NCBI GenBank assembly: GCA_963847185.1
Contig: CAWJYV010000010.1
Location: forward strand, 512,001 to 576,000
Length of the DNA: 64,000 bases
Direction of reading: 5' to 3'
DNA from: an uncultured Methanosarcinaceae archaeon
GTDB lineage: Archaea; Halobacteriota; Methanosarcinia; Methanosarcinales; Methanosarcinaceae
Shown in pieces: positions 33,719 to 45,327 of this stretch; position 1 is the first letter of the stretch; every line of letters starts with the position of its first letter. Under the pieces are notes generated by a model. It worked only from the letters and a program-made list of their open reading frames with translations. It ran no database searches and was not told where the DNA came from. The translations under genes and the position numbers were made by a program.

Positions 33719-34552
33719 ATGGCCTCAAAACATCTACTTTTTGGAACAGGAGGAATCCCGAGAAGCACAAAAGGAAAAAGCAGCATCTCAGGGATCGAGC
33801 GCATCAGGGAACTCAGCCTCGATTGTATGGAACTCGAGTTCGTTCAGGGAGTGCGCATGGGAGAAGAAGGGGCAAAAAATGTTATGAAAGCCTCACTAAA
33901 AGAAAAAGTAGCCCTGAGCGTTCATGCACCTTATTATATTAATATGAATTCTTATGATAACGAAAAACTGAAGGCAAGCCTGGAAAGGCTTTATCAGGCC
34001 GCCAGAATAGGCAGCCTCTGCGGGGCTGAATCAATTGTTTTTCATGCGGCTTTTTACCAGAAAAGCAGCAAACAGGATACATATACGAAAGTATCGGAAG
34101 CTCTGGAAGAACTTACAGGCCGACTCAGAGACGAAGGAATCCCGGCAATTCTGCGCCCTGAAACTATGGGCAAACGAACTCAGTTTGGAACGCTTGAAGA
34201 GTTACTTGACCTGAGTGCTGGAATTGAAGGGGTTATGCCCTGCCTTGACTTTTGTCATCTGCACGCAAGGGAAGGAAAAGAAAATTCCTATTCCGAGTTT
34301 AGGGAAATTCTCTCGAAAGTGGAAGAAACCCTTGGGAAGGAAGGACTTTCAAATATGCACATGCATGTTTCTGGGGTTGAATACGGTACGAACGGAGAAA
34401 AAAGGCACCTGAACCTGGAAGAATCCGATTTCAATTTTTCTGAACTTATGAGAGTCCTGAAAGAATTTAAAGCTCAGGGGAGGGTGATACTGGAGAGCCC
34501 TGTTCTGGAACAGGACGCTCTTCTGTTAAGGAAGATTTACACGGAATTATAA
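33719..34552 (+). CDS. nfo: Endonuclease IV / AP endonuclease family 2
   Basis: SVHAPYYIN, RPETMGKRTQFG, DFCHLHAR, HMHVSG, GEKRH, ESP. Confidence 0.85.
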   Translation: MASKHLLFGTGGIPRSTKGKSSISGIERIRELSLDCMELEFVQGVRMGEEGAKNVMKASLKEKVALSVHAPYYINMNSYDNEKLKASLERLYQAARIGSLCGAESIVFHAAFYQKSSKQDTYTKVSEALEELTGRLRDEGIPAILRPETMGKRTQFGTLEELLDLSAGIEGVMPCLDFCHLHAREGKENSYSEFREILSKVEETLGKEGLSNMHMHVSGVEYGTNGEKRHLNLEESDFNFSELMRVLKEFKAQGRVILESPVLEQDALLLRKIYTEL

Positions 34553-34800
34553 TCTTATAATTAAAGGTAAGAAAAACTCTCTGTATTTTCTTACATATAG
34601 CTTACTTTCTATTATCCTGAAAATTGCTTTCCATCTAATTGTACCCGAAGAAATAACCATAGATACATATGAAGGTTATTCAAATAGCAGGATTCATTAT
34701 AAACGTTGGAGCATTTTCAGCAGAAAATTATGGACTTCCTAAATTTGTGACTGTATGAATAAATTTAATTAAAAAAGAAAGTAAATTTAGTATGTTAGAT

Positions 34801-34983
34801 TTAGTATTTTACAGGATTAGAACCATATCTTGATCCGGTTCTTTTTTCCTCTTCTTCTTTTGTTTTATGCCAGCCACGCAAACAGCACCCTTCTTTACAA
34901 TGCATAGTACGTATATGTTTTACGACACAAGCAAATCCTATTGCGGCTAATACATAGACCACTATTTCCATAAATTTATGCAT
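34801..34983 (-). CDS. Small single-TM Cys/His-rich protein
   Basis: GGAGA RBS; hydrophobic N-terminus followed by HCKEGCC. Confidence 0.6.
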   Translation of the reverse strand: MHKFMEIVVYVLAAIGFACVVKHIRTMHCKEGCCLRGWHKTKEEEEKRTGSRYGSNPVKY

Positions 34984-35312
34984 GTTGAGTTCTCCATTCG
35001 ATTAATACACCTTATTGCTTATTAATCTATGTATGAAGATAGAAAAATAACAATTTTGATTATAAATTAACTAAGCTTGTATTTCCACCATATTTAGATC
35101 TAGCTCATTAATACTATATTTTAGGAAGGCTTTCGTTTATACACATCTGAACTGGAAAATAGTAGCAGTAAAAAAAGCCAAGTGTCTAAAATGTAAATTT
35201 AAACCGTGATATTTACTATGTTTGATTTTATAATCGAGTGTGTAACTCCTGTGAAAAAAACGTTGTCTTTAAGTAATTATTTATAGATAATACTTCTCTA
35301 TCTTCGATAGAC

Positions 35313-35588
35313 ATGAGGAAACTAAAAGACATAAAGGATAATGCAAAAAAGTACCTCGAATTATGCAAACTTCTATATACAGATTCTCGCACCCCCAGGG
35401 TTGCAAAAATACTGTTATGGATCGCCATAGGATATGCATTGTCACCAATCGATTTAATACCTGATTTCATACCTGTAATTGGATATCTCGATGATCTCGT
35501 AATCGTTCCTGTTCTTTTGTATATCGCAATGAAATCAGTGCCTAAAGATGTGTATATAGAAAATTACGTTAAGATTTTAAAAAAGTGA
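35313..35588 (+). CDS. YkvA/DUF1232-family protein
   Basis: YALSPIDLIPDFIPVIGYLDD. Confidence 0.9.
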   Translation: MRKLKDIKDNAKKYLELCKLLYTDSRTPRVAKILLWIAIGYALSPIDLIPDFIPVIGYLDDLVIVPVLLYIAMKSVPKDVYIENYVKILKK

Positions 35589-35679
35589 GAGTAATGGAAA
35601 TAATTTCCTGAAAAAAGAAAAATGAGAATTTTCTTCACTTTTCTCAAATACAGGAAACATATTCGCTTTTTCGGAAATT

Positions 35680-35991
35680 TTATGGAATACCACTCCAACT
35701 GTACTGCTTGCCACTATACTGGTGCTTGCCTTTTCTATGCAACTTTTTTTTCAGGTCTGAGAATTTTGTCTTGTGTGCTATTATCAAGTAGACTCCAGAA
35801 AGACCCACCAGAGTGTAAACCAGCCTCGAAATAATTGATTTCTTCCCAAAAACAGCTGCTACCAGATCAAAGTTCAGGATACCTACAAGACCCCAGTTCA
35901 GAGCACCTATTACTACTAACAGTTTGGATAGACTGTGTGGCTTAACCATAGGCATTCCGTGCATCTTATGTATTTTGTGCATCTTTATCAA
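35680..35991 (-). CDS. DUF378-family membrane protein
   Basis: LVVIGALNWGLVG..NFDLV...SRLVYTLVGLSG. Confidence 0.9.
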   Translation of the reverse strand: MIKMHKIHKMHGMPMVKPHSLSKLLVVIGALNWGLVGILNFDLVAAVFGKKSIISRLVYTLVGLSGVYLIIAHKTKFSDLKKKLHRKGKHQYSGKQYSWSGIP

Positions 35992-36194
35992 ACCTCCCCA
36001 CTAGATAGAACATCGTGAAAGGGCAGATCAGTTTTTGACTGGAAAATATTGGGCCGGAAGACTTTGACCGGAAGACTTGATCTTTTAAACGCCCAATTCC
36101 CTGCCCCCTCAAACAATGTTTGAGTTAAGATATTATTAATTTATTCCTTCTCCTGGCAGAAATCGTTTTCTGAGGAACAGTTATTAAGTGAAAA

Positions 36195-37556
36195 TTATAT
36201 TTTAAGCGCTTCAGGATTTTCATCGGTTTCTTCACTCCATTTGCAGCCTTCCTCTCTGTTCGCTACTCCGACTGTGAATTCTATCCCGCTTTTTTCCACA
36301 TACTCCCTGATCCTCTTCAGGGCATGATCAACCATCCCTCCTGCTGTGAGGATGAGGCAGCGTTTTCCGCAGAGAGCCATCAGGATGGATTTGTCTATGA
36401 CACCTGAGGTGACATCAAGGCGGATTCCGTCCTGTTCTGCAAGGGTTTTACTCTTTTTACCCATTGCTCCTACAAAGACAACTTCTCCTTCCTTCAGGAT
36501 CTGGTTAATTTCTGGCAGGGAATAGCTTTCAGTATCATAAAGTAGTACTCCACCAGCCTTAATTCCTTTACGCTTAAGTTCGACAATAGCCCTTCCCCCG
36601 GGATAGATATGCAGAACAGTAGCATTAATTGCTTCGTAAGGAGATTGAGTTGCATATTCCCCATACATAACCCCAAGGTTAAGGCTGTCTCCTTCTCTTA
36701 CTTTTGGAGGGACATCAACCCACATAAGGTCCAGAGGTTTTAAGGTATTGACAAGCTCGGGTATAGTCTTTGGTGAATTCCTGCCATATGCAAGCCCTCG
36801 TCTTTCGATTTCATGATATATCTCAAGGGTTGTTGGCTGGCGGAGGCTTGCTTTTTTTAGAAGCTCCTGTTCTTTGAAAACCTCTGCAGGTGTTCCCTGC
36901 CCTATGAGCTTACTATTTGACAGAAGGTATACATAGTCAGACCAGCGGTATGCCAGATCCACATCATGAGTGGAAATAATGATGGTGCTCCCGAAGTGGT
37001 TAAATTCGTTTAGTAGATCCATTATTTCGTCTGCCCCTACCGGATCAAGATTTGATAGAGGTTCGTCCAGAATTATCACTTCGGGTTCCATTGCCATTAC
37101 TCCGGCAATTGCAACTCTCTTTTTCTGTCCTCCGCTGAGGTGATGAGGAGGCTTGTCCTTCAGGCGGGAGAGTCCTACCTGCTCAAGGGCATGCTGTACA
37201 GCGGCATCAACCCTTTCTTTAGAATAACCCAGATTTGCAGGCCCGAAAGCTACATCCTGATATACAGTTGGAGCAAAGATCTGATCATCTGAGTTCTGAA
37301 AAACAATTCCTACTGACTTTCTTATCTCTCTAAGGGATTTTGAGTCATATCTAAAGGGGGCTCCATGAAAAAGGACTTCACCTTCAGCTGGCTTTAAAGT
37401 TCCGTTAAGGAGAAGAAAAAGTGTGGACTTTCCGGAGCCGTTTTGTCCTACAAAAGCTACTTTCTTTCCCTTTTTAATTTCGATATTCAGATCCTGGACA
37501 GCTGCAGTCCCGTCCGGGTAAGTATATTTAAGGCCCCTGGTCTCAAGAATGATCAT
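36195..37556 (-). CDS. cbiO: Co/Ni ECF transporter ATPase with extra C-terminal domain
   Basis: [26 protein letters not shown]; in cbiMNQO; about 180 extra C-terminal residues. Confidence 0.9.
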   Translation of the reverse strand: MIILETRGLKYTYPDGTAAVQDLNIEIKKGKKVAFVGQNGSGKSTLFLLLNGTLKPAEGEVLFHGAPFRYDSKSLREIRKSVGIVFQNSDDQIFAPTVYQDVAFGPANLGYSKERVDAAVQHALEQVGLSRLKDKPPHHLSGGQKKRVAIAGVMAMEPEVIILDEPLSNLDPVGADEIMDLLNEFNHFGSTIIISTHDVDLAYRWSDYVYLLSNSKLIGQGTPAEVFKEQELLKKASLRQPTTLEIYHEIERRGLAYGRNSPKTIPELVNTLKPLDLMWVDVPPKVREGDSLNLGVMYGEYATQSPYEAINATVLHIYPGGRAIVELKRKGIKAGGVLLYDTESYSLPEINQILKEGEVVFVGAMGKKSKTLAEQDGIRLDVTSGVIDKSILMALCGKRCLILTAGGMVDHALKRIREYVEKSGIEFTVGVANREEGCKWSEETDENPEALKI

Positions 37557-37567
37557 AATCTGTTACC

Positions 37568-38350
37568 TCAAACAATGGATATGTTTTTTGTGAAATAAAA
37601 TAGTGCAAGAGTCGAAATAAAGTAGGCAGAAGTAAGAAGCAGTTCTGTTGCTTTTACAGGCCTGTGAACCTCAAAGAGAGTCATTTTTCCATCGTAGCAC
37701 CTTGAATTCATGGCAAGGAAGAGTTTATCTCCCTGTTCCCAGGATCTGACAAAAAGCGTGCTTCCAAGCATTCCCATTGAAAAGATGGAGCGCTTTAAGT
37801 TGGAATATCCCAGCCTGACTGTCTGTGCGTACTTAATGCAAAGGGCGATGTCAAGAAAAACAAAAATATACCTGTAAATTAGCATTGAAAGCTCTATAAC
37901 TGATTCAGGAAGCCTGGAAGCTTTGAGCACTGCAAAGAGCTCTATCATAGGAGTTGTAAGTGAGAGGAAGTAAAGGCAGCACATCCCGCTTATGGATCTT
38001 GCAAGAACCAGCAGGGCAAGTTCAAATCCATCTGTTCTTACGGAAAGTGGATAACCCAGCAATTCAAAGGCGAGCATCTCAGATCCCGAACCTGAGAAGA
38101 AGGCAATTATAAGGACACTTACGATGGCAAAGCCCATTGGAGCCAGCAAGAGCTTGAAATAGAGCTTAAGAGGCGTTCTGCCAAGGGCAATTGTTGTAAA
38201 GCTCATGCAGAATGCTATAAAAAAAGGAGGAATTGGGGATGTAGCTGAAACTCCAACAAGCAGCCCGAAAAGAACTATTACCAGCTTCAACCAGTTGTTT
38301 CGATGCCTTAGAGGGCTCATAAGGGCATAATCATCAAGGATGTTAGTCAT
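37568..38350 (-). CDS. cbiQ: Cobalt ECF transporter T component
   Basis: LIYRYIF, AQTVRLGY, AMNSRCYDG. Confidence 0.9.
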   Translation of the reverse strand: MTNILDDYALMSPLRHRNNWLKLVIVLFGLLVGVSATSPIPPFFIAFCMSFTTIALGRTPLKLYFKLLLAPMGFAIVSVLIIAFFSGSGSEMLAFELLGYPLSVRTDGFELALLVLARSISGMCCLYFLSLTTPMIELFAVLKASRLPESVIELSMLIYRYIFVFLDIALCIKYAQTVRLGYSNLKRSIFSMGMLGSTLFVRSWEQGDKLFLAMNSRCYDGKMTLFEVHRPVKATELLLTSAYFISTLALFYFTKNISIV

Positions 38351-38464
38351 AGGAAACCCGCAGATAAGTGGATAAGAACTGAAAATTAAAGATTAAAAAT
38401 AAAAGGCAAAAGATAAAAGCTTTCCTCCCAGCAGGAAGGAAAGCAAACATGGTAGAAGAAGAGA

Positions 38465-38806
38465 TTATAAAGAGTGTTTGTCTTTTTCTGACTTGTCCTT
38501 CCCTTTATACCCAAGCTCATTTTCATATTTTTTTTTGGCCCTGTAATAACCAAAGAAGTAACCGAGTACCCCTGCACCTATAGCCGCCTGAAGGCCGAAA
38601 AGAAGGCTTTCAATTTCTGCGCTTGGAGGTTCCCATATAGGTTTTGTTGTTGGCTCGTAAGTTCCGTTTGTAAGATCCTTAACTACTCCCTCAGCTTGTG
38701 TGTCAGCTCCTTCATACTCGGCATCCGTAGTTGAAGACATATAAAAGAACTGCACTGCAAAAATCAGGAGAATGGCAAGTACGATGAGTTCCAATTTCCT
38801 GCTCAT
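38465..38806 (-). CDS. cbiN: Cobalt transport protein CbiN
   Basis: GAD..A, WEPPSAEIESLLFGLQAAIGAG. Confidence 0.92.
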   Translation of the reverse strand: MSRKLELIVLAILLIFAVQFFYMSSTTDAEYEGADTQAEGVVKDLTNGTYEPTTKPIWEPPSAEIESLLFGLQAAIGAGVLGYFFGYYRAKKKYENELGYKGKDKSEKDKHSL

Positions 38807-39510
38807 GCAGAAATTCCCCTCAGCTTTCTCACAACTTTATCTTCGAGAACTTTCATTTCTACAAGGATATCACTCTTGACATTGACTACATACTTAAAGA
38901 GCAGGGCACTGATAGCCCCTTCCATGATTGCAAGAGGTATCTGAGTCACTGCGAAGACAGCGGCAAATTTACCTAATGAGCTGAGAAAAGCTCCAATTGT
39001 AAGTACCCCCCCTGCAGGGTATGCGAGGGCAAGTTGTACAGAGGTAGTTACATAAGTGGCCCAATCTCCAAAGGCTGTAGCCAGAAAAACGACAAGGTAA
39101 AAGTTTAGATTCGCTTTCATTCCTGCTTTGTATATCAGGTACGCTACTAACGGGCCTACTATTCCCATTGAAAAGACATTGGCTCCAAGGGTTGTCAGAC
39201 CGCCATGCGCAAGGAAAAGAGCTTGATAAATAAGCACGATAGTTCCAAGCACCCCAGAAATCGCAGGCCCAAAGATAATTGCAGAGACCCCGGTTCCTGT
39301 GGCATGAGAAGAGCTTCCGGTTATTGAAGGCAGTTTGAGGGAGGATAATACGAAAATAAATGCTCCAGCAACGGCCAGGAGAGGCAATATCTCGCGTTTT
39401 TCTTTTACCAGTCTATTCAGTTTATGAATTCCATACATTATCACCGGAATAGATACTGCAAACCAGATCTGCCACCAGGGAGTTTGTAAAAAGCCTTCCA
39501 TTATATGCAT
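38803..39510 (-). CDS. cbiM: Cobalt ECF transporter S component
   Basis: N-terminal MHIMEGFL, GSSSHATG, LAHGGLTTLGAN. Confidence 0.95.
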   Translation of the reverse strand: MHIMEGFLQTPWWQIWFAVSIPVIMYGIHKLNRLVKEKREILPLLAVAGAFIFVLSSLKLPSITGSSSHATGTGVSAIIFGPAISGVLGTIVLIYQALFLAHGGLTTLGANVFSMGIVGPLVAYLIYKAGMKANLNFYLVVFLATAFGDWATYVTTSVQLALAYPAGGVLTIGAFLSSLGKFAAVFAVTQIPLAIMEGAISALLFKYVVNVKSDILVEMKVLEDKVVRKLRGISA

Positions 39511-40149
39511 TGGGTCACCGTCGGGATATCAAGTAAACATTAGTGAGATTAAGACAAGTTAAATTGCGTTATTCCTTACATAAAGGTTGCGGTATGGGAT
39601 AATCAGGATCATGAGGGCTTTTAAAGTTAATTAAAACGTAAGAATGTTTTTAGGCTAGAAGTAGTTTAGAGTAGAACAATTTAACTTGAGTCCGTATTAT
39701 GTATAAACTCAGAGGATATTCATATACATTTCATAATAATTTTGCGTAAAATAGGCGGCAGGCGAACTTTAGTAATATCAACTAAAAAAATAGCGAATTG
39801 GTTGGTGAGAAAACATGATTTTCACTTCATATAAAGAAAAGTTGTATATATACTCAGAAGAATAAAAATAAAAGAAAAATATTAAAAAAATAAAAATGGA
39901 GGTTATAATCAAACGCGGAGCCCGTTTTGAAGGCCCGGAAGACAAGGCCAGAAATAGAAAGTCAAAGCAATAAAAATCAACTAAATTTGCTTTAACAAAA
40001 TTATATTGAACCCTGCCTTATATATACATATCTATTTTAATCTGCCTGGAATATAAGTTGGAAAGTAAGCCTCAGAATATTTAATTTTAAAAGGAGTATG
40101 AATATAACATAGACAGGGAATTACCTCATTTTTTCCAGAGGGAAAAAAG

Positions 40150-40605
40150 TCAAGCGTTGAGAACAGCGGTCAGATAAGCAAGTGCAAAATAACGTCCGAA
40201 TTTCCCGAGAAAAACAAGAACCGAAAAAGATCTGAAAGGAAGCTGCATAAGCCCTGCAACCATCGTAATTGCATCTCCTATCCCTGGAACCCAGGTAAAA
40301 AGAAGCGTATAAATCCCGTATTTCTTAAAAAGCCTTTCACTTTTTTCAAGTTTATTCTGAGATGGAGAAAGATACTTCTCAAGTACCGGTCTACCTTTCA
40401 GTCCAAGATAATAAGTTGTGCATGATCCGAGATAATTACCCAGAGTCGCCACCATAACAACAGTAAAAGGACTGAATCCCTGATAAATGAGAGCTACTAC
40501 CAGTGCTTCCGACCCGAAGGGCAGAACCGTAGAAGCCAGAAAACTCAGAACGAAAAGGTTTAGATAACCGTAATTAGCAAGAAAGGAATTCAAAAATTCA
40601 AGCAT
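40150..40605 (-). CDS. YqaA/DedA-family membrane protein
   Basis: SFLASTVLPFGSE, GNYLGS, WVPGIGD, GKFGRY. Confidence 0.9.
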   Translation of the reverse strand: MLEFLNSFLANYGYLNLFVLSFLASTVLPFGSEALVVALIYQGFSPFTVVMVATLGNYLGSCTTYYLGLKGRPVLEKYLSPSQNKLEKSERLFKKYGIYTLLFTWVPGIGDAITMVAGLMQLPFRSFSVLVFLGKFGRYFALAYLTAVLNA

Positions 40606-40954
40606 TGTATACTTACCATCCGGGGAAACTCACATTTTATCGTAGCTTATGTCTTTAAAACACTTCTTTTTTTAAATCACTTATTTTACACTCCTTCCCA
40701 CGATTGTATTTATATTATTTTATATTGACGAGGCTTCAAGGAAAAAATTCACTAATTCTATACTTAAATGTCATTAGGATGTTTTCTTGTAAGTCGATCA
40801 GATAACATCAGATCAATCAAACAAATGATCATTTGGTCAGGTAAAATCAGATATGGTAAAAACAGAGACTAAAATCTTGAGAACCGGAAATAAGAGTTAA
40901 TCTCCGGTCCTGCAAACAAAGAAAGGACTGAATGATATCTAGATGAAACAACAC

Positions 40955-40976
40955 GGGGTTTATAGCTTAAAACCCC
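40955..40976 (-). terminator. Stem-loop downstream of the S-layer gene
   Basis: GGGGTTT...AAACCCC inverted repeat. Confidence 0.4.
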
Positions 40977-41056
40977 AAGTTCAATCAGCCTTTCTTTTCT
41001 AATTAATTTCTTTTCTTTCCAAATAATTTCTTTTCTTTCTAAATAATTTCTTTCAA

Positions 41057-43663
41057 TTAATTCCTTCTTTTTCTGAGCAACACGAACACAGTAGCGAGTA
41101 TTCCAAGAGTTACTATGCCACTCAAGAAGGGAGCTTTTTTAGTTACTTCATAGCTTCCTTTCAGATCTCCTATTGTAACATTATATGTTCCTTCCTTTTC
41201 TTCGGTACGGGTGAATGCAATTTCCTTGCTCTCGCCTGCTTCCAGGCTTACATTCTGAGAATCAACCGATTCATTGTTAACCAGAAGTTCCACTTTAGTT
41301 TCGCCTGCAACGGTTCCGGAATTTGTGATATTCACACTGATATTGACAGCATCTCCTCCCTCAACTGAAGCCGGCTGTATCTTGAGATTAGAGTATGTAA
41401 ACTTCGCTATTTTTTCGGCAACTTCAATTACAGTTTCTCCTTCCTCATATCCTGTCTTTGTAGCATTTACCGTGTATGTTCCCGGTGCAGTTACCCAGTA
41501 AGATACAGTACCGTCCGTACCTGTCTGTTCTTCAAGTTTCTTTCCTCCGAAAAAGACATCCGCTCCGGCAACAGGCTTCTTTTCCACAGAATCCGTAACC
41601 TTTATGGTTATCTGATCTCCTTCTTTAACAGTTTCAGGAGAGACTGAAAGTAGAAGTTTCAGGACACCTTCTCCGACAATATCTACACTCTTATTTCCGG
41701 AGACATAACCTGCCTTGTTTGCAGATAAAGTGAATTTGCCTTCCTTTGCAGGGGTGTAAGTAAGATTTCCGCCATCTCCAGTGGTACCTATGCTCTCATT
41801 TCCTGCGAAAATTTCAACACCACTGACTGAAACATTTCTTGCCGTGACCAGGATTTCTGCCTGTTTTCCTGCTACAAGCACATCGGGCACTGAGATTTCA
41901 AGCTGGTCGCCTGTGCTGGTTTCGACTTCAACAAAAGGATAGAAGCGCAGGACTGAAGAATCAGCTACCTTAAACTTGACATTTCCCATCAGGTCAATTA
42001 CATCGCCTTTTGAAAGGGAGATAGAATCCTTATTTTTCATTGTGATTCCTGAGCTGGAAATTGTGCTTATTTCCATTTCTCCAAAGGAGTCGCCCTGAGA
42101 AAGTTCCAGGTAATCGTCCGAGATCTGGAAAATCCCCTCTACAAAAACAGCATTTGATTCCGTACCACTGAAAACAGTACTCACATGGACTGCAATCATT
42201 GGGACATCTTCTGCTCCTCCTATATTGGCTTCATAGATATAATCCCCGTTCTGGGAAATTATTTCCGAATCCAGCTTATCTCCGTCCTTATAAAGCTCGA
42301 AAAGGATCTTTTCTCCGTTAACATCAACTTCTGCAGCCTTAAGGGAATAGCCATTTTCAAGAGCTAGAGAAGAGCCTGTATACATAGACTTTTTATCATC
42401 GTCATCAACAAGGATTTTGGAAAGGACATTGTCCGAAAGCACACTCACGCTTTTTGAGTTTCCAAAAATATTCGCCGGATAGCCTGCAAAATACTTCTCT
42501 GCCATGAAACCAAGAACCTGATAGCTTCCCCAGCCTTCCTGTTTAAATGCTACAAGTGCGGGTTTTGTAGAGTAGACAAGATTATCTTCGTCAATAGTCC
42601 TTCCGTTGAGCTTTACGATGGAAAGACTTTCGGTTGAAACATTTTCATCGATGTTGTAGTAGAAACCTTCAAAGTTGAAAGGTGTCCAGGTAGTGGTATT
42701 AAATTTCTCGTCGTAGACAGTTCCCCTTAATTCATATTTTCCGGGCTCGGAAGTCTCGACTATGGGGGCAAAGCGAAGATCATCGGCATCAGCCACAACA
42801 AAACTGAGTTTTCCCATAATATCGATTGTATCGCCTTTGTCCAGGGAGATAGAATCGCTATTTCTCATTTTAATCCCGGAACTTGAAGTGGAACTTATTT
42901 CCATTTCTCCAAACTTATCTCCATTCGCGATTTCGACATATTTGTCCGAAATCTGGAAAATCCCCTGCACAAAAACAGCATTTGTTTCCGTACCCCTGAA
43001 GACTTCTGAGCAAATGGACTGCAATTATAGGGACATCCTCTGCATCTCCAAGGTCGGTTTCATAAACATAGTCTTTATTGGAGGACAGGAAACCATCATC
43101 TACTTCCATTTCCATCCTTTTCAAGCTGTACCCATACTTTATCTCCACTAACATCAACTTCCACAATGTTCAGAGAATATCCTTCTTCAAGGATAAGGGA
43201 AGAGCCCGTGTAAAGGGATTTCTTGTCATCACTGTCAATCAGTATCTTCGAAAGCTGTCCTTCTGAAATAACACTGATATCGTCATTTATAAAGCTGGAA
43301 TTTTCCGTGTATCCTGCAAAATACCGTTCTGCCATAAACCCTATAACCTGATAAGAACCCCAGTCACCGTATTCAAATTCCGTTTCTATGGGTTTTGTTT
43401 CATACTGCAATCCATTTCTCTGGACACTCCGGCTGCCAGCGGTAAGCTGGATTGTCATATTCTCGGAGCCTTCCCCGGTATCCAGGTCATAGTAAAAGCC
43501 CGAATAAGTCTGAGGCGTCCATGTATAAGTAAGATTCTGGTTTGCGTTTTCATCCCAGATGCGGTTGCCTGTTGAACTTGAAACCTGTGCAGACTGCAGT
43601 TTCACATAGGACTCCGAGCATTAAAAATAGACATAACAGTTTTATATAATTTTTAATCCCCAA
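41057..43663 (-). CDS. Methanosarcina S-layer-domain protein (two DUF1608 repeats, Ig/CARDB domains, PGF-CTERM-like anchor); about three frameshifts
   Basis: TTG start after AGGAGG; TGNRIWDEN, two F.GFYY.ID-type repeats, YQV.GFMAE.YFAGY twice; C-terminal APFL-TM-RKRRN; split at about 43590, 43100 and 43015. Confidence 0.85.
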
Positions 43664-44037
43664 ATTAGACCTCCTTTTGATTGGATGGAGCAGGGGTGCA
43701 GCCTTCCAGGCATCCGGAGAGAAAAATAGAAACAAAAAAAGTTTCCTGAACACTCCCTGGAAGTTTTCCTGAGATCCGGATACCCCCATTTACTTCTAAA
43801 CATATTAAAACATTCAACTATATACATTTCTAGATATTGCATGGAATCAGATAAAAGTTTTTGGGCAGTTTATACTATCGAAAAAGAAAAATAAAAAAAG
43901 AATTATTAAACGGAAAGAAAAATGGAGTAAAAGTAAAAATAAAGAGAGGGAATAAGAGAGCTTAAAAAATAAAAAACGAGAAAGGATATGAAATATAAAT
44001 AATTAAATTTCTTAATGTTAAGACTGATAATATTTAC

Positions 44038-44754
44038 TTATTTAAGCAATTTTTTGTAAAACACAAACCAGGGATTGTCCAGAAAACCGATTACATTCTT
44101 ACTGATAAGCTGCCCTATAACCAGAGGAAGAACAGGCATAACCCCATAAAAGGCAATAAAAACAAAGATAAGGGAATCCAGAGTGAGGTTAACAATGTCA
44201 CTTGCACCTGAACGGAGCCAGATGTAGGGGTTTATCAGGGTATCGTGCTTGAAGTTCTTTTCTTTTTCTGAAAAACGCTTTTTAAGGGATGCAAAAACCC
44301 AGGCATCAAGGTTCGAGCAGACCAGAAAAGAAACCCAGCTTGCGATTGTAATCCTGATGCTCAGCCCAAAAAGGCTCTTCCAGGCATCTTCCAGTTCAAA
44401 GAAAGGGGCAGGGCTGAGAGTTGTGACCATGCCTATGAAGAGCACAAATAATACCTGAGTCGCAAAAGCTATGAGAATGGAGATATGCGTTCTTCTTTCC
44501 CCATAGACCTCATTGATCATATCCACTACCTGAGCAATAAAAGGATAGATGAAAACTGCCGCCGGAGCAAAGAAAGAGTAAAAACCAAGGTCAAATACGA
44601 TAATGCGCGTGGCAAGGACCTGGGAAGCTACAAGATAAACCACATAAAAAGCCGTAAGCACGGTAAAACCGTTTTCAGGCATTTTTTTGATAACATAAAC
44701 AGATGCATAGGTAGCAATTGTTAGAGTAATAATCCAGTACAGCCAGACGAACAT
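44038..44754 (-). CDS. Queuosine/archaeosine precursor transporter, YhhQ/DUF165 (VUT) family
   Basis: YPF...DMINEVYG, RITIAS..SFLV...LD.WVF, WLRS..S....LDSLIFVFIAF. Confidence 0.85.
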   Translation of the reverse strand: MFVWLYWIITLTIATYASVYVIKKMPENGFTVLTAFYVVYLVASQVLATRIIVFDLGFYSFFAPAAVFIYPFIAQVVDMINEVYGERRTHISILIAFATQVLFVLFIGMVTTLSPAPFFELEDAWKSLFGLSIRITIASWVSFLVCSNLDAWVFASLKKRFSEKEKNFKHDTLINPYIWLRSGASDIVNLTLDSLIFVFIAFYGVMPVLPLVIGQLISKNVIGFLDNPWFVFYKKLLK

Positions 44755-45170
44755 TTTTTATCACAACCGGGTTTTATAGAGCTATAGAACTTGAGATGGA
44801 AACAATTGGACTGAAAATGAATCAATAAACTTGAACTGGAAACTAATAAGAGAACTATGATTAAAGATTCATATAATTAAAGAGAAAGTAAATCTGCAAA
44901 ACTGCAAGTCATTCGGGAAATAAAATACTACTCATTTTATTTAAAGTGTGATATTTTCGTAACCAAGGAGTCTCCGGAGAATACCTCCGGACATAAGAAT
45001 TCTAATCCCGCTAATTTCAAAAAAAATTCTTCAACCACCAACCTGGAAATACGAGCCACTTTTCCATTCATTTGCATATTACTACCCGAAGATCCACAAA
45101 ATATAAGTTAAAGAGAAGATTTCTGACCTTTATAATCAAAAATTATCTTAACCGGATCTACACTTAATTA

Positions 45171-45276
45171 AAAGTTACAATCAAAAGTCAATCAAAATCT
45201 ACAATCAGAATCAATAATCAATAGCTAAATCAAAAGCTAAATCAAAATCTATAATCAAAATCTGCAATCATCAATA
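45171..45276. repeat. Degenerate 11-13-bp tandem repeat AATCAAAA(T/G)CT upstream of cca
   Basis: About eight imperfect copies. Confidence 0.7.
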
Positions 45277-45327
45277 TTTATTATATATATTCTGGAGTTT
45301 AAAAAAAAATATGGAGCCGTCCCGGGC

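Noticed and set aside
39511-40149. Cobalamin riboswitch upstream of cbiM
   Set aside because: No B12-box-like sequence or GC-rich fold is visible
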